Source of the DNA: an uncultured Planctomycetaceae bacterium
GTDB lineage: Bacteria; Planctomycetota; Planctomycetia; Planctomycetales; Planctomycetaceae
Direction of reading: 5' to 3'
Assembly: GCA_963815195.1 (NCBI GenBank)
Contig: CAWFGE010000023.1
Span: 352,001 to 416,000, forward strand
Length of the DNA stretch: 64,000 nt
Shown here: positions 1 through 13,623 of the stretch, piece after piece
Layout of the letters: each line of letters begins with the position of its first letter
How positions within the stretch are numbered: the first letter of the stretch is position 1
The notes under the pieces: model-generated
Databases searched by the model: none
Told to the model about the DNA's origin: nothing
Seen by the model: the letters and a program-made list of their open reading frames with translations, nothing else
Made by a program: the position numbers and the translations under genes

Positions 1-255
1 CGTGGTGATCCAGATCTCCCAACCCGGCCGGGACTTCGCCAGTTCCCGCACCACCGTTTGCAATTGCAGCACCTCCCCCACGCTCACCGCATGAAACCAG
101 ACGCACTCCGCGTCCGATTTTCGGGCCGGCAGTCGTCCCAAGAATTTCTCACCCCACCCCGCGCGATACTTGCCGAGCACCAACACCCGGTAAGCGAGCA
201 CCGGCGAGAGAATGGCGAGCAATAACGTATAAGCAAGATTCAACAGCCAGCACAT
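1..255 (-). CDS. waaA: 3-deoxy-D-manno-octulosonic-acid (Kdo) transferase, 5' part (runs off window start)
   Basis: Own translation from ATG at 255: MCWLLNLAYTLLLAILSPVLAYRVLVLGKYRAGWGEKFLGRLP...VWFHAVSVGEVLQL...IWITT. WxHAxSVGE is the WaaA/KdtA signature; RBS GAAAGGA upstream. Confidence 0.9.
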   Translation of the reverse strand, partial: MCWLLNLAYTLLLAILSPVLAYRVLVLGKYRAGWGEKFLGRLPARKSDAECVWFHAVSVGEVLQLQTVVRELAKSRPGWEIWITT

Positions 256-354
256 TGCGAGGGAATCCTTTCCCAAATATGGTCAATGCGGACCATTCCA
301 TCGTTCCCAATAAATAACGATTAGGTGGTCCGCACAGCGGACCCTACTTGCCTT

Positions 355-609
355 CTACGGCAGGTTCGCCACTTGCGGGGCTTCAATCTCGACTCTTTCG
401 ACGCCAAAGCCCGCTTTGGCAACGTCTTGAACCGCGCTTTGAATGGCTTCGCCCAAGCTGGACGCCTCGCGGTGGAAATTGATTTCAGAGACGCCATTGC
501 AACTGCCGGGTGAGCCATCGCTGCAACCGGCTTCGTATAGGGCGCTCGCGGCTTCGTCGGTCATTTCAGGCAGATCGCTCAGGATGATCGTAAATTCGTA
601 GGTTCGCAT
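355..609 (-). CDS. HicB-like antitoxin (short, no C-terminal HTH)
   Basis: 84 aa acidic protein (YEFTIIL...LYEAGCSD...INFHREASSLGEAIQSAVQDV) directly downstream of a HicA-like gene. Confidence 0.6.
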   Translation of the reverse strand: MRTYEFTIILSDLPEMTDEAASALYEAGCSDGSPGSCNGVSEINFHREASSLGEAIQSAVQDVAKAGFGVERVEIEAPQVANLP

Positions 610-628
610 GACGGGTTAATCTTCTTGG

Positions 629-844
629 TTAAGGGTGGGGGCAACGGTCAACAGCCCGGCGGATGTCTTTGGCGTGGTTTTCGGGATTGTTTGGCGTTGA
701 ATAAACGGTGCGCCGACAACCTGCTCGCCCGCCCCCAGGACACCACAGCGTTCCGTAAATATGTCCCTTTGACGGCGTGAATGTCCAACCGTGATCTTCC
801 GCGTATTCGATGGCTTCTCGGATGTGCTTGTTCGGGTGACCCAT
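629..844 (-). CDS. HicA-like toxin (putative mRNA interferase)
   Basis: 71 aa basic protein MGHPNKHIREAIEYAEDHGWTFTPSKGHIYGTLWCP...STPNNPENHAKDIRR; GW..GH pattern; toxin-first two-gene arrangement. Confidence 0.6.
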   Translation of the reverse strand: MGHPNKHIREAIEYAEDHGWTFTPSKGHIYGTLWCPGGGRAGCRRTVYSTPNNPENHAKDIRRAVDRCPHP

Positions 845-905
845 TTTATAACCGCTCCATATGGTTGAGTCGGTCAACCCTTCCCGACTTTCATTTCCCC
901 CAAAA

Positions 906-933
906 CACTGGCAAGAAGTTGCCAGTGGCACCC
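906..933. repeat. REP-like palindrome CACTGGCAAGAAGTTGCCAGTGGCACCC
   Basis: 9-bp arms CACTGGCAA/TTGCCAGTG plus a GCACCC tail, at the junction of the TA module and the duplicated waaA start. Confidence 0.65.
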
Positions 934-937
934 GGCG

Positions 938-979
938 TAAGCAGAATTCAACAGCCAGCACATTCAGGGGAATCCTTTC
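938..979 (-). repeat. Imperfect direct repeat of the waaA RBS and first ~9 codons (other copy 230-272)
   Basis: taagcagaattcaacagccagcacattcaggggaatcctttc vs taagcaagattcaacagccagcacattgcgagggaatcctttc; encodes MCWLLNSAY vs MCWLLNLAY. Confidence 0.9.
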
Positions 980-998
980 TATGGAGGACACGCGCCGC

Positions 999-1643
999 CT
1001 ATTTTTTGATTTGGCAGAGGATCTCGCCTTTAAGAATCGCCTGCTTGTCGCCCCGGGAGAGAAAAACCTCCCCGGTCACGGTCAGCACCAGCTTCTGGCC
1101 ATTGGGGGCTTTTCGTTCAAAATGCCAAGTGTTGGTAGCATATTGGACCGCCGAAATCACCACGCCCGGCGTGCCTTGGGTTTTGTATCCCAATGCATCC
1201 AGATGGCTGAACACATGGTTGAGTAAAACCGTTGCAGCCATCGTCTCGGAATGGATCATATGGCCCTTCACAACCGTGGCTTCCGGCGTGAGATTGAGCA
1301 GGATAGTAAACCCCCGCGAGTCCTGCCCGTCGCGAAGCACGTTCTGCCAATAGACTTGACGGAAAGTCTCGTTCCAGAAATCTCTGTTATGGGTCAACTT
1401 GCGTTTGAGATTCGCTGGTAAAAGATCCGCCTCGTCTTTTTTGATGTATTCGTGACCGAGTGCTAACGGCTTTTCAACATGGGCCAGTACCCGTTGCTGC
1501 TCCGAGGCAATCTCTTCCAGAAGGGCTTCCGATCCCTTTGGGGCTGCATCGTCCGAGAATGCAAACGAAGCGTAGCCTATCCCGCCTATCCCCAACACGA
1601 GAAAAATGAGGGCGCAGTTTTTCAGGCTGAAGTAGCGATGCAT
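999..1643 (-). CDS. Hypothetical exported protein
   Basis: 214 aa ORF with strong RBS (GAGGAGG) and N-terminal hydrophobic signal segment; appears more AT-rich than flanks. Confidence 0.7.
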   Translation of the reverse strand: MHRYFSLKNCALIFLVLGIGGIGYASFAFSDDAAPKGSEALLEEIASEQQRVLAHVEKPLALGHEYIKKDEADLLPANLKRKLTHNRDFWNETFRQVYWQNVLRDGQDSRGFTILLNLTPEATVVKGHMIHSETMAATVLLNHVFSHLDALGYKTQGTPGVVISAVQYATNTWHFERKAPNGQKLVLTVTGEVFLSRGDKQAILKGEILCQIKK

Positions 1644-1783
1644 GTGGCAGTCCTCCTCGGCAACCGAGTGAATCGAAAAAAGCGAATTACCCGCAACCGT
1701 TTTCTAGCGTCGGCGAGCACCCCCCTTCATAACACTTCGTGAATGACTTGTCACCCCGGCTTGTTCGCACATATCCAAGTCTA

Positions 1784-1861
1784 GTAGGGTGGGCATTGCG
1801 GTGGGCATTGCCCACCAATCCTGGATTCATTTTTTGTTGCGGTGGGCGGTGCCCACCCTAC
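1784..1861. repeat. GTAG-type REP doublet (GTAGGGTGGGCATTGCCCACC ... GGTGGGCGGTGCCCACCCTAC)
   Basis: Two inverted GTAG-tagged palindromes immediately after the secA stop; the left unit has an internal 12-bp duplication; related copy at 39425-39480. Confidence 0.85.
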
Positions 1862-1864
1862 GGT

Positions 1865-5447
<3,583 letters not shown>

Positions 5448-5901
5448 TAGACCGCCCGGATTTCTGTTCCGTGAAATTGATGTGAAGGGATTTGTCTGGT
5501 GAGGGGTGGTTTTCTCTTCGCCATTCGCCCCCTGGCGGCGAATCTTAATTTGCAGGCCGGGGTTTGGGTATCTCGGAGAATCGGCCCGGTTGAGTCGGGG
5601 ATTTCAGGCCTGCCGCGGAAGCGACGGCCGCCGGATGAACAGAGCCAGCACCTATAAATAAATACGCTATTGTCTTGGGATTTGTTGGAGTCCCGGCTGC
5701 CAAATTGACAGCGGCCGCAATCATTCCGTCCGAAAAACCCCGCGGTCGACTGTTGGTGCTTCGCGGGGTCTTGATGTAGAATGATTCCGTAAGTTGTCTT
5801 ACCGTCACAGTTTATTCATGTTGGAAAAGATGGTCAATCCCGGTCGCAAGTGGTGAAATCACTTGCGGTTTGGTCGAGCGGTCCGGAAAGACGCAAGCGG
5901 C

Positions 5902-6042
5902 ATGCCAAAATTGAAATCCGTTTTTTGGTCGCTGATCCGAAAAGAATCCGCCCCGGATCAGGTTGACTGGGCCGCGGTGGGCGCGCTGTGCCTGTACGGC
6001 CTCTTGTTGCTGCTTTTGGTTTTGTTTGGGCTACGCGGTTAG
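5902..6042 (+). CDS. Small single-pass membrane protein (46 aa)
   Basis: Own translation MPKLKSVFWSLIRKESAPDQVDWAAVGALCLYGLLLLLLVLFGLRG; below the ORF-track cutoff. Confidence 0.4.
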   Translation: MPKLKSVFWSLIRKESAPDQVDWAAVGALCLYGLLLLLLVLFGLRG

Positions 6043-6077
6043 AACCCTCTCTCACGTTTTTGATTTGGAGACAGACG

Positions 6078-6551
6078 ATGCACTCAAAACTGCGATGGGT
6101 TTCCGTGATTCTCGTCCTCGGCTGCGCGATGTTTCTCAGCCCGAAACTCCGCTCGCAACAAGGGGCGTCTTCTGCGAAAAAACCGCAGGCGAAACCGGAG
6201 ACGGAAGAAAGCGTGCTGGAAGAGAAAGTCGAGGCCCTCAGGGAATTGTACGATCGGCAGGTCAAAATGCGAGAACTCGGAACCATCCGCGTTGAAGTCG
6301 ACTCCACCGCCGAAATGGATGCGGGGCGGGACCTGTATCTGGCCAAAGCCGAGCTTGCGGCCGTTCAAGGGAAGACTTCCGAGCAGATTCAATCGCTCCA
6401 AAAAGCCGTCGAGTTCGCCGACAAAGCCGTAAGCTTCTATCAAGAGCGCGTAAAGGCCGGCCTCCTGGGCATCGATTCAGTCACCCGAGCCATTATCCGC
6501 CGGGCGGATACCAAGCTGGCTTTGATTCGGGCGAAGAAGCACGCGCATTGA
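6078..6551 (+). CDS. Hypothetical secreted helical protein
   Basis: ATG at 6078 after GGAG; signal-peptide-like N-terminus; helical body. Confidence 0.7.
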   Translation: MHSKLRWVSVILVLGCAMFLSPKLRSQQGASSAKKPQAKPETEESVLEEKVEALRELYDRQVKMRELGTIRVEVDSTAEMDAGRDLYLAKAELAAVQGKTSEQIQSLQKAVEFADKAVSFYQERVKAGLLGIDSVTRAIIRRADTKLALIRAKKHAH

Positions 6552-6599
6552 TTTGTTTCTTTTTTATGGACCAGAGCAGCAACTGCAGGAGCGATTTCG

Positions 6600-7262
6600 A
6601 TGTCCCTGTTTGGACAGGATCCCAAATACCAAACCGGCGAGTCGCCGATGGCCGAAAATGTCGCGAGTGATGTGATCATCAGCCCCGACACGCTGCGTGA
6701 CAACCGGATTCCACCGGGGCAAACCCGCACGCGGAAGTGGCCGGTGCTGCACGCCAGCGATGTTCCCGATGTCTCTCACGAGATGTGGAGACTGGAAATC
6801 GGCGGGCTCGTGGAACGGCCGCTACGCTTCACCTGGGACGAGTTTCAAAAACTGCCCCGCGTCAAGGTGTTTTCCGATTTCCACTGCGTCACCACTTGGT
6901 CGCGGCTCGGGAACTTGTGGGAAGGCGTGAGCGTTCGGGAAATCATGAGCCGGGCCGGAATCCAGCCGGTGGCCAAGTTCGTCGTCGTCACCGGATACGA
7001 TTGGGGCTGGACCACGAACCTGCCGCTGGCGGACTTTCTCGCGGAGGACGCCCTGTTCGTGGATCTGCACGACGGCGAACCGTTGAGTGCCGACCACGGC
7101 GGCCCGGTCCGGCTGGTCGTGCCTCAGCTTTACGCCTGGAAAAGCGCCAAATGGGTCCGCCGGGTGGAACTGGTCGCCGACGATCAGCCCGGTTATTGGG
7201 AGCAGGCCGGCTATCACAACCACGGCGATCCGTGGACCCAGGAGCGTTTTCAAGGGGATTGA
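6600..7262 (+). CDS. Sulfite-oxidase-like molybdopterin-dependent oxidoreductase (YuiH/MsrP-like)
   Basis: DFHCVTTWS, HGGPVRLVVPQLYAWKSAKWV and GYWEQAGYH motifs. Confidence 0.9.
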   Translation: MSLFGQDPKYQTGESPMAENVASDVIISPDTLRDNRIPPGQTRTRKWPVLHASDVPDVSHEMWRLEIGGLVERPLRFTWDEFQKLPRVKVFSDFHCVTTWSRLGNLWEGVSVREIMSRAGIQPVAKFVVVTGYDWGWTTNLPLADFLAEDALFVDLHDGEPLSADHGGPVRLVVPQLYAWKSAKWVRRVELVADDQPGYWEQAGYHNHGDPWTQERFQGD

Positions 7263-7264
7263 CA

Positions 7265-8695
7265 TCATCCCGGCTGAGAGGACGATTTCGCGCGGATGAC
7301 GAGTCCGGCGACCGGTTGGCGGTGTTCCAAACGGAGCGTGGCCCGTTTAAGGGCGACGATCTCCCAGCCCGTTTCGCGAAGAGTTTTTTGAACGTAATCG
7401 TCCGCGTGGCGATACCGTCCTTCCGGTGCCAGGCGGTACTTCGTTTTGTGATCGGCGGAGGCCTCGGCTTCCAGCGTGAACACCAAAAGGCCGCCGGCTC
7501 GAACGGCGAATTTCGCGGCGGCCAAGACCGGTTCTAAATTGCCGAAGTAGTTCAAGGTGTCGGCCGCGACAATTGCATCAAAGCGTTCGGGCGTTTCGCG
7601 GAAGAACTCCACCAGATCCGAAGTGATCAATTCATCGTAGACGCCCCGGCGTTTGGCCCGCTCCGACATCTCCGGGGACAGATCGACCCCCACCAAACGC
7701 CGGGCGAACGGACGCAGAAGCGGCCCGCACAATCCCGTCCCGCTGCCCGCATCGAGAATCACCCGGTCCCGCATGGCAGGTCCCAAAAGCTCGCCCAAGG
7801 CGGCGGCGACCAGTTGCGGGGCTCGGTAATCGAGGTTTTCCAGCGTCGCGTCGAAACGTTCCGCGAACTGGTCGAAGGCCTGCCGAACGTACTCCGGCTC
7901 GGCCCGGTCGGGGACCTGCTCGCCGATCAATGCCGCCAGCATATGCCGGGCGGCGGCATCGTCGGGACAAGCCTGCCGCCAGCGGCGGAACACCTCTTCC
8001 GCCTCCGCCGGTCTCTCCAAGCGAACCAGCAGCCGCCCCAAAACTTCGTAAGCCGAGGTCAACCGCGGATCGAGTTCCAAGGCGTCGCGATACCGCGCGA
8101 GGGCGGCGTCCGTCTCGCCCAATTGCTCTTCCGCAAAGCCCAAATCGACAAGCTCCGCCGCGGAACCGGGCGAGAGTTCCACGGCTCGTTGATAACAATG
8201 CCGGGCCTCGGGGAGCCGGCCCAGATCTTGATACGCGTTCCCCAATCGGCTGTGGATCACCGCGACCTCCGAATCCAAGCGGAGGGCCTGCTCGAAGGCG
8301 GCGGCCGCTTCCTCCAATCGGCCCAGTGAAAACCGCGTGCAGCCCAGGTTATAATGGGCCGGAAGCAGCCCCGGTTCCAAGGCGAGCGTTTCCCCGTAGG
8401 CGACGGCCGCCACTTCCAATTCCCCCGCCGCCTGAAGCGCATGCGCCAGGTTGTACAAAAGGCCCGCGTTCTTCGGCTCGATCGCCATCGCCCGGCGGTA
8501 GACGGCCACGGCCTCGGCGGGTCGGTTCGTGTTTTCCAAGAGCACGCCCAGATTGTTGAGCGCCTTGAAGTAATCGGGACTGCCCGGCTCGACCCGGCGA
8601 TAAACCGCGATCGCCTCTGCCAGCCGGCCGGCTTGCCGAAGAGCCAGCGCCTCCTCAAACAGCGTGGGGAGAGGGGATGCGGATTCCGAAACCAT
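7265..8695 (-). CDS. TPR-repeat protein with C-terminal SAM-dependent methyltransferase
   Basis: Multiple TPRs (NNLGVLL, YNLG); YVRQAFDQFAERFD; ILDAGSGTG motif I. Confidence 0.9.
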   Translation of the reverse strand: MVSESASPLPTLFEEALALRQAGRLAEAIAVYRRVEPGSPDYFKALNNLGVLLENTNRPAEAVAVYRRAMAIEPKNAGLLYNLAHALQAAGELEVAAVAYGETLALEPGLLPAHYNLGCTRFSLGRLEEAAAAFEQALRLDSEVAVIHSRLGNAYQDLGRLPEARHCYQRAVELSPGSAAELVDLGFAEEQLGETDAALARYRDALELDPRLTSAYEVLGRLLVRLERPAEAEEVFRRWRQACPDDAAARHMLAALIGEQVPDRAEPEYVRQAFDQFAERFDATLENLDYRAPQLVAAALGELLGPAMRDRVILDAGSGTGLCGPLLRPFARRLVGVDLSPEMSERAKRRGVYDELITSDLVEFFRETPERFDAIVAADTLNYFGNLEPVLAAAKFAVRAGGLLVFTLEAEASADHKTKYRLAPEGRYRHADDYVQKTLRETGWEIVALKRATLRLEHRQPVAGLVIRAKSSSQPG

Positions 8696-8716
8696 CCGGG
8701 CCTCCTTGGGCGGCTG

Positions 8717-9721
8717 TCAGGCAGTTTGGCTTTGGGGCTGGCTCAACTCTTCGACCAGATTCACCAGTCGCCGGGCCTGGACCTCCACGGCGAAGTGCTC
8801 TTCGATGCGCTCCCGCCCCGCCCGGCCCAATCGGCGGCGAAATCCGGGATCGCTCGCCAACCGCCCGAGGCATTGGGTCCACTCCTCGAGCGAATGGGCC
8901 AGCAAACCGTTCTTGTCGTGGGTGATAATATCACAATTCACGCCCACGGGACTACACACCGCGGGGATCGCGAGACCCATGTATTGCAGGGCCTTGAACC
9001 CGCACTTGCCCCGCGTCCACGGGTTGTCCGGAAGGGGCATCACGCCGATGTCGAAGGTCGCCGTCGCGGAGATTTCCACATCCGGCGACCAGGGCACAAA
9101 CTGAAAAGGCACCTCCCCCAACAGGTCCAAATCCACTCCCTCCGGCGTGTCGGAAAGAAACTTGAACCGCACGTTTTCGCCCAGAGCCGCAATCGCCGGC
9201 AGCAGGAAATTCAAATAGCGGTTGGTGCTGCGACTGCCGGTCCAACCGATGACGAGGGCCCCTGAGTCCGCCGACCCGCCGCCGGGCTGATATTTCTGCG
9301 TGTCGATTGACGTCGGGACGACCTCCACCCGCGGGGAATGGGCCCGCGCCAGTTCTGCGAGATAAGAATTGCCGCAAACCACCAAATCCGCAGCGGCCGC
9401 CATCGCCCGGAACCGCGATTGCCGCCGGCGGTCCGGCCGGCCTTCGCCGTCAAACATCACGGCGTCGTCCAAATCGTAAATCAGCCGGCGTGCCCGCTGC
9501 CGAACGAGCAGCAATTCCGCCCGGCTCAAGAGCCGCTTTTGCAGAAACACCGCGTCGTACCGCGGCAGTCGGCGGTAAAGCCACAACCGCGAAAGCGGCC
9601 TGCCCCGCAGAAACTCCACGTCGCACTGGTGGCCGCGCTCGGCGAACCACGGCAGAAATTGCTCCACGCGGAAGCGAAAGCTGGGCTTGGCATTGCGGGT
9701 GGACAGAAACAGGAGGTTCAT
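8717..9721 (-). CDS. Glycosyltransferase family 4
   Basis: Start MNLLFLSTRNAKPSFRFRVEQ overlaps the upstream stop (TGATG); IYDLDDAV, IGWTGS, GKCGFKALQYM..AIPAVCSPVG. Confidence 0.9.
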   Translation of the reverse strand: MNLLFLSTRNAKPSFRFRVEQFLPWFAERGHQCDVEFLRGRPLSRLWLYRRLPRYDAVFLQKRLLSRAELLLVRQRARRLIYDLDDAVMFDGEGRPDRRRQSRFRAMAAAADLVVCGNSYLAELARAHSPRVEVVPTSIDTQKYQPGGGSADSGALVIGWTGSRSTNRYLNFLLPAIAALGENVRFKFLSDTPEGVDLDLLGEVPFQFVPWSPDVEISATATFDIGVMPLPDNPWTRGKCGFKALQYMGLAIPAVCSPVGVNCDIITHDKNGLLAHSLEEWTQCLGRLASDPGFRRRLGRAGRERIEEHFAVEVQARRLVNLVEELSQPQSQTA

Positions 9722-10644
9722 CAGGAACACGATCCGCGGCGGCGTTTTTTCGTCCGCCTTTTTCTTGTGATTTGAGCCAGTCGAATCCAGAGCGGTTTCC
9801 AAGAGTCGGCGGCCTCTCCGCGGACTTTCAAATAAGCCAGCAGAAACCGCAGCCGGGCCGACGGCGTCACGGCCGGTTCCGACTCCATTGCTAGCGCCAA
9901 CCGCGCCAAGTCCCGCTGCCATCGGACGGCGGGGAGCCAAACGTGCCGCCGGGCCCCGTCCAAATCGATCACATACGCCGACACCGACGCCGGGCGATTG
10001 ACGAGCAGCAGATTGCCGGCTTTCAAGTCGCGGTGGCTCATCCGCCCGGCATGCATCCGGCCGATCAATTCGCCCAGTTGCACCGCAGCGGCATGCAGCC
10101 GGAACCGCCGATGATAGTCGGTTTGCTCCCGCAGCCATTCGCCGTAGCCCGTCAGATTCATCGCCTGATCGAGCCATTCGGTCGCCAGGAACGAGGGACG
10201 AAACGGTTGATACCAGCGGGGCACGACGACCATCAATGCCCGTGGCGTGGGGACGGCGATTTGCTCCAGCCGGCGGGCCATGTTCCAGGTTCTGATCGTG
10301 CGATTCCCCAACAGCCAGGCCGCGAGAGATTTCCAGGCGTTTCGCCTGACGATGCGTTTGTAGGCGACGGATACCAGACGGCCGCCGATGGGAAACTCGC
10401 CCCGCACCAACAGGGCCGACCGCCCGGCTTTGATCGTGTCGCGGGTATGGATTTTCAAAGGGAGTTCAGGAAAGTCGATCAGCCGAATCAACGCGTCGCG
10501 GGAGACGCCCGCCACCGCACAACCCAAGCCGCGCGGCCGCGAAATCCGATAGGTCCCCTTCGGGAATTCCGCCGGCGTCCGTCGCCGCAACCAGCGGGCC
10601 TCACGGAGTTTGCGGTGAATCCTCAAAAACGGTGATGCAGCCAA
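9721..10644 (-). CDS. Lipopolysaccharide kinase InaA/WaaP-family protein
   Basis: HRDLKAGNLL and IDLDG kinase motifs; VPTPR; translationally coupled to the GT4 gene. Confidence 0.8.
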   Translation of the reverse strand: MAASPFLRIHRKLREARWLRRRTPAEFPKGTYRISRPRGLGCAVAGVSRDALIRLIDFPELPLKIHTRDTIKAGRSALLVRGEFPIGGRLVSVAYKRIVRRNAWKSLAAWLLGNRTIRTWNMARRLEQIAVPTPRALMVVVPRWYQPFRPSFLATEWLDQAMNLTGYGEWLREQTDYHRRFRLHAAAVQLGELIGRMHAGRMSHRDLKAGNLLLVNRPASVSAYVIDLDGARRHVWLPAVRWQRDLARLALAMESEPAVTPSARLRFLLAYLKVRGEAADSWKPLWIRLAQITRKRRTKKRRRGSCS

Positions 10645-10905
10645 CAGCCCGATCCTTCCCGCCTTGGGATGTGTGCATTCCTTCCAAAATGTTCGGGCGG
10701 TATTTTATCAAATCCCCCTCAAACACCTAGATCGGATTTTGCCGAGCTCACAGTTCCCAGGCGATGTAGCAGAATCATTCATTAGGATTCTGTGAACCGT
10801 GATTCTGTGCTGAATGTGGCTGAAGCAGAGATTCCCGAAAACCGTCCCGTTGGGCCCTGGGAAAAAAACCGCCGCGAATCTCAGATTTTTGAGCCCGCCC
10901 GCGGG

Positions 10906-10933
10906 TTGAAGCCGACGCCAGGACTGCTATACT
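10906..10933 (+). promoter_or_regulatory. Sigma70-type promoter of tRNA-Leu
   Basis: TTGAAG-16 bp-TATACT with extended -10 TGn, ~22 bp upstream of the tRNA. Confidence 0.6.
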
Positions 10934-10955
10934 TGGCTGATTCGGTTTTCCCACC

Positions 10956-11041
<86 letters not shown>

Positions 11042-11044
11042 TCA

Positions 11045-11088
11045 AAACTCCTTGCTGCATCGGTATTTGCGGCAAGGAGTTTCTTTTT
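11045..11088 (+). terminator. Intrinsic terminator after tRNA-Leu
   Basis: AAACTCCTTGCTGCA...TGCGGCAAGGAGTTT followed by CTTTTT. Confidence 0.75.
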
Positions 11089-11133
11089 GCAATTTCTCAA
11101 CGTTGGTGGTGTCCACACTTTGGTCAACGATTC

Positions 11134-13024
11134 CTATTGAAAGCGGGATTCCTCTTCCCAGATGGAGTGATAAGCCCCGATTGACTCGAAGTGGGACAGC
11201 ATGGCGGTGTAAAAATCATGGCCGCCGAGGGTGGCGCTGTCGCCCACGATCATCAGCTTTCTGCGGGCGCGGGTCAAGGCCACGTTCATTCTCCGGGTGT
11301 CGGCGAGGAAGCCGATGTCTCCCGTCGAGTTGGACCGCACGCAAGAGATCAACACGGCCTCTTTCTCCCGGCCCTGAAAGCCGTCCACGGTGTCAATCTC
11401 CAAATCCTCCCAGCCGGATTCGTCGCGGAACCAGCGGACCTGAGCCGCATAGGGCGTGATGATTGCGATGTCCTTGGGACTCAGACCGGCATCCGCGAGT
11501 TGTTGAACCTTGCGAAGAACAAAAGCTCCTTCGTGCGGGTTCCGCTTGCTTTCGCCTTCCGGCTCCGCTTCTTCCCGCCAGTCGGCCCCGGCCGTGTCGA
11601 TGAACGCCACCGGCCGGCTGGTGAGCGGCGAGGGTTGGACGTTCGGCAGGTCGTGAAGCAGATGAGAAGCCACGGAGTCATCCGCCTCAAGCGAGCTTTG
11701 ATAAAATCGCTCCGACGAGAACTGCATGATGTCGGCGTGCATGCGGTATTGGACGTGCAGCGGCCGGGTGATGGCGTCCCCATACCGGGCCACCAGCCGT
11801 TCCAGCAGGCTCGTGGCCAGACCTTCGCGAGCCGCGGCGGCCGATAGCACGGTGGGTGGCAATTGGCAATGATCGCCCGCGAGCACGATGCGATCGGCTC
11901 TCAAGGCCGGGATCCAGCAGCCCGGCTCCGTGCTCTGGCAGGCTTCATCGATCACGGCCAGATCAAACCGGCGGTTGCCCAGCAGGTTTTCATCGAACGC
12001 CAACGTCGCACACACGACTTCGGCCCGATCCAGCACCGAGTCCACCGCCTGCTGTTCGAGCACCCGGGCGTCGGCTTTGAGCCGCCTGGCTTCGCGGCGC
12101 ATCTCGGGCTTGGCTCCGGGCGCAGGTTTCGCGCGGGTGTACCGCCCCGCCTTGCGAAAGAGCCCCTCCGCCTCGCGCAACATGTCCCGTACGACGCCCA
12201 TCAATTCATGCTCCGCCACTTGGGCATCCAAGGTCAAATCGCGAAGCCGCTCGTCCACGCGGGCGGGGTGCCCGAGGCGAACGACCCGGCAGCCCGAGGC
12301 GATCAAGCGTTCCAAGAGGTTGTCCACCGCGGTGTTGCTGGGGGCGCAGGCCAGAACTTTCTGCCCGCGGCGGACGGCTTCCAGAATCAGCTCCACGACG
12401 GTTGTGGTTTTCCCGGTGCCCGGCGGTCCGTGAATGATCGCCAGATCCTCCGCCGCCAAGGCGAAGCGGATCGCCTCCTGTTGCGAAGCATTGAGCGACT
12501 TGGAGAACTCGCCATCGAACGGTTGCGAAAACCGGGGCTCCCGCTCGCCGAGCAGAATCTCGCGGAGTTGCCCCGTTCGGCCGCGCGCCTGCTGAGCCGC
12601 GTTGATTGCCGCTTCTTGCCGTCTTCGTGTGATTTCATCCGCGGAAAGATCGAGCCGAAACCGCTCCCCGTCCAGGCGCTCCGCCACGGCGACCTCGATG
12701 GAATCGCGAGTTTGAGCCGTGACCACGCCCCGCTCGGAATCTCCTCCCGCATCCTCCGAAGAAAGCCGAACCGGCGATCCGACCCGCAAACGGTTCCACG
12801 GCAGTCGGAGCGTGCGATTGCGTTTCACCAACGTCAGCAGCGTCTCCCCGCCGACGCCCGGTTCGTAGTCCGTGGTCACCAGATCGAGCAGCGTGTCCCC
12901 CGACCGTTCCGCATCGGCTTTCGAGCCGACTGCGCCGCCGGTCATCGAGCTGTTTGGCCTCGGCGTCGGATTCCAGTTTCAGCCAGCGCAACAACCGCTG
13001 AAAATGCTCTTGGCTTGTGGTCAC
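11134..13024 (-). CDS. Superfamily 1 (Upf1/IGHMBP2-like) DNA/RNA helicase; frameshift near 12925
   Basis: HGPPGTGKT, APSNTAVDN, IDEACQ, LAGDHCQLPP, QYRMH, TVDGFQGRE, NVALTRAR; N-terminus (GTG at 13024, TTSQEHFQRLLRWL) lies in another frame. Confidence 0.9.
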
Positions 13025-13623
13025 CCTGTCCTGCTTTCCTGCGTGCAACAGCCTGGATTCAAGTTCCCCTATGCGTATCGCCGTTCAAAATCATGGGTCG
13101 CTTTGGGGTTTGCCATCGTTCGGATCGCTTTCAAAAACTCGCGGCAACTCCCTTCCCTGGTCCAACTCCTGTCCGATAAGCGGAAAGATCCGCACGCCCT
13201 CCGCCGCCCGAAACTCAGCCACCGCGCGAGCCTCAAATGGCAAAGTCTATTTTGAGCGGGAAGGCCGCTGGCCGACAACTTCGCCGCGAGTTCCGTGGTC
13301 AAAGCTCCGAGGAAAACGGTCGGTTTTGGACTTGGCACTCCGCCGCGTCCATTGCGGTTTGCCTGGCGGGAGTTCTCCACCGCATATTGGCCCACGAGCG
13401 ACCGCCAGCGAAGGATTCCGGTTCCGCGCTGGAAGCAAACGCGGCGAGGCTATCGGATCGTCCGAAACACAGCGATCGTTTGGGTTACTTCATCATAGCC
13501 AATCCGAGTCGCGAACCGAAAGCGGCGGGAATTAGGTCAGTCAATCTGAGCCTTGGCTCGATGCGGGGAAAACGAGAGATGCAGGAAGATCCGTGCATCG
13601 GTTCCCGCGCACGTCTTGGTGTT

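Noticed and set aside
13050..13620. Several overlapping ORFs between the helicase and the M32 fragment
   Set aside because: No motif, RBS or codon pattern favours any frame; left unannotated.
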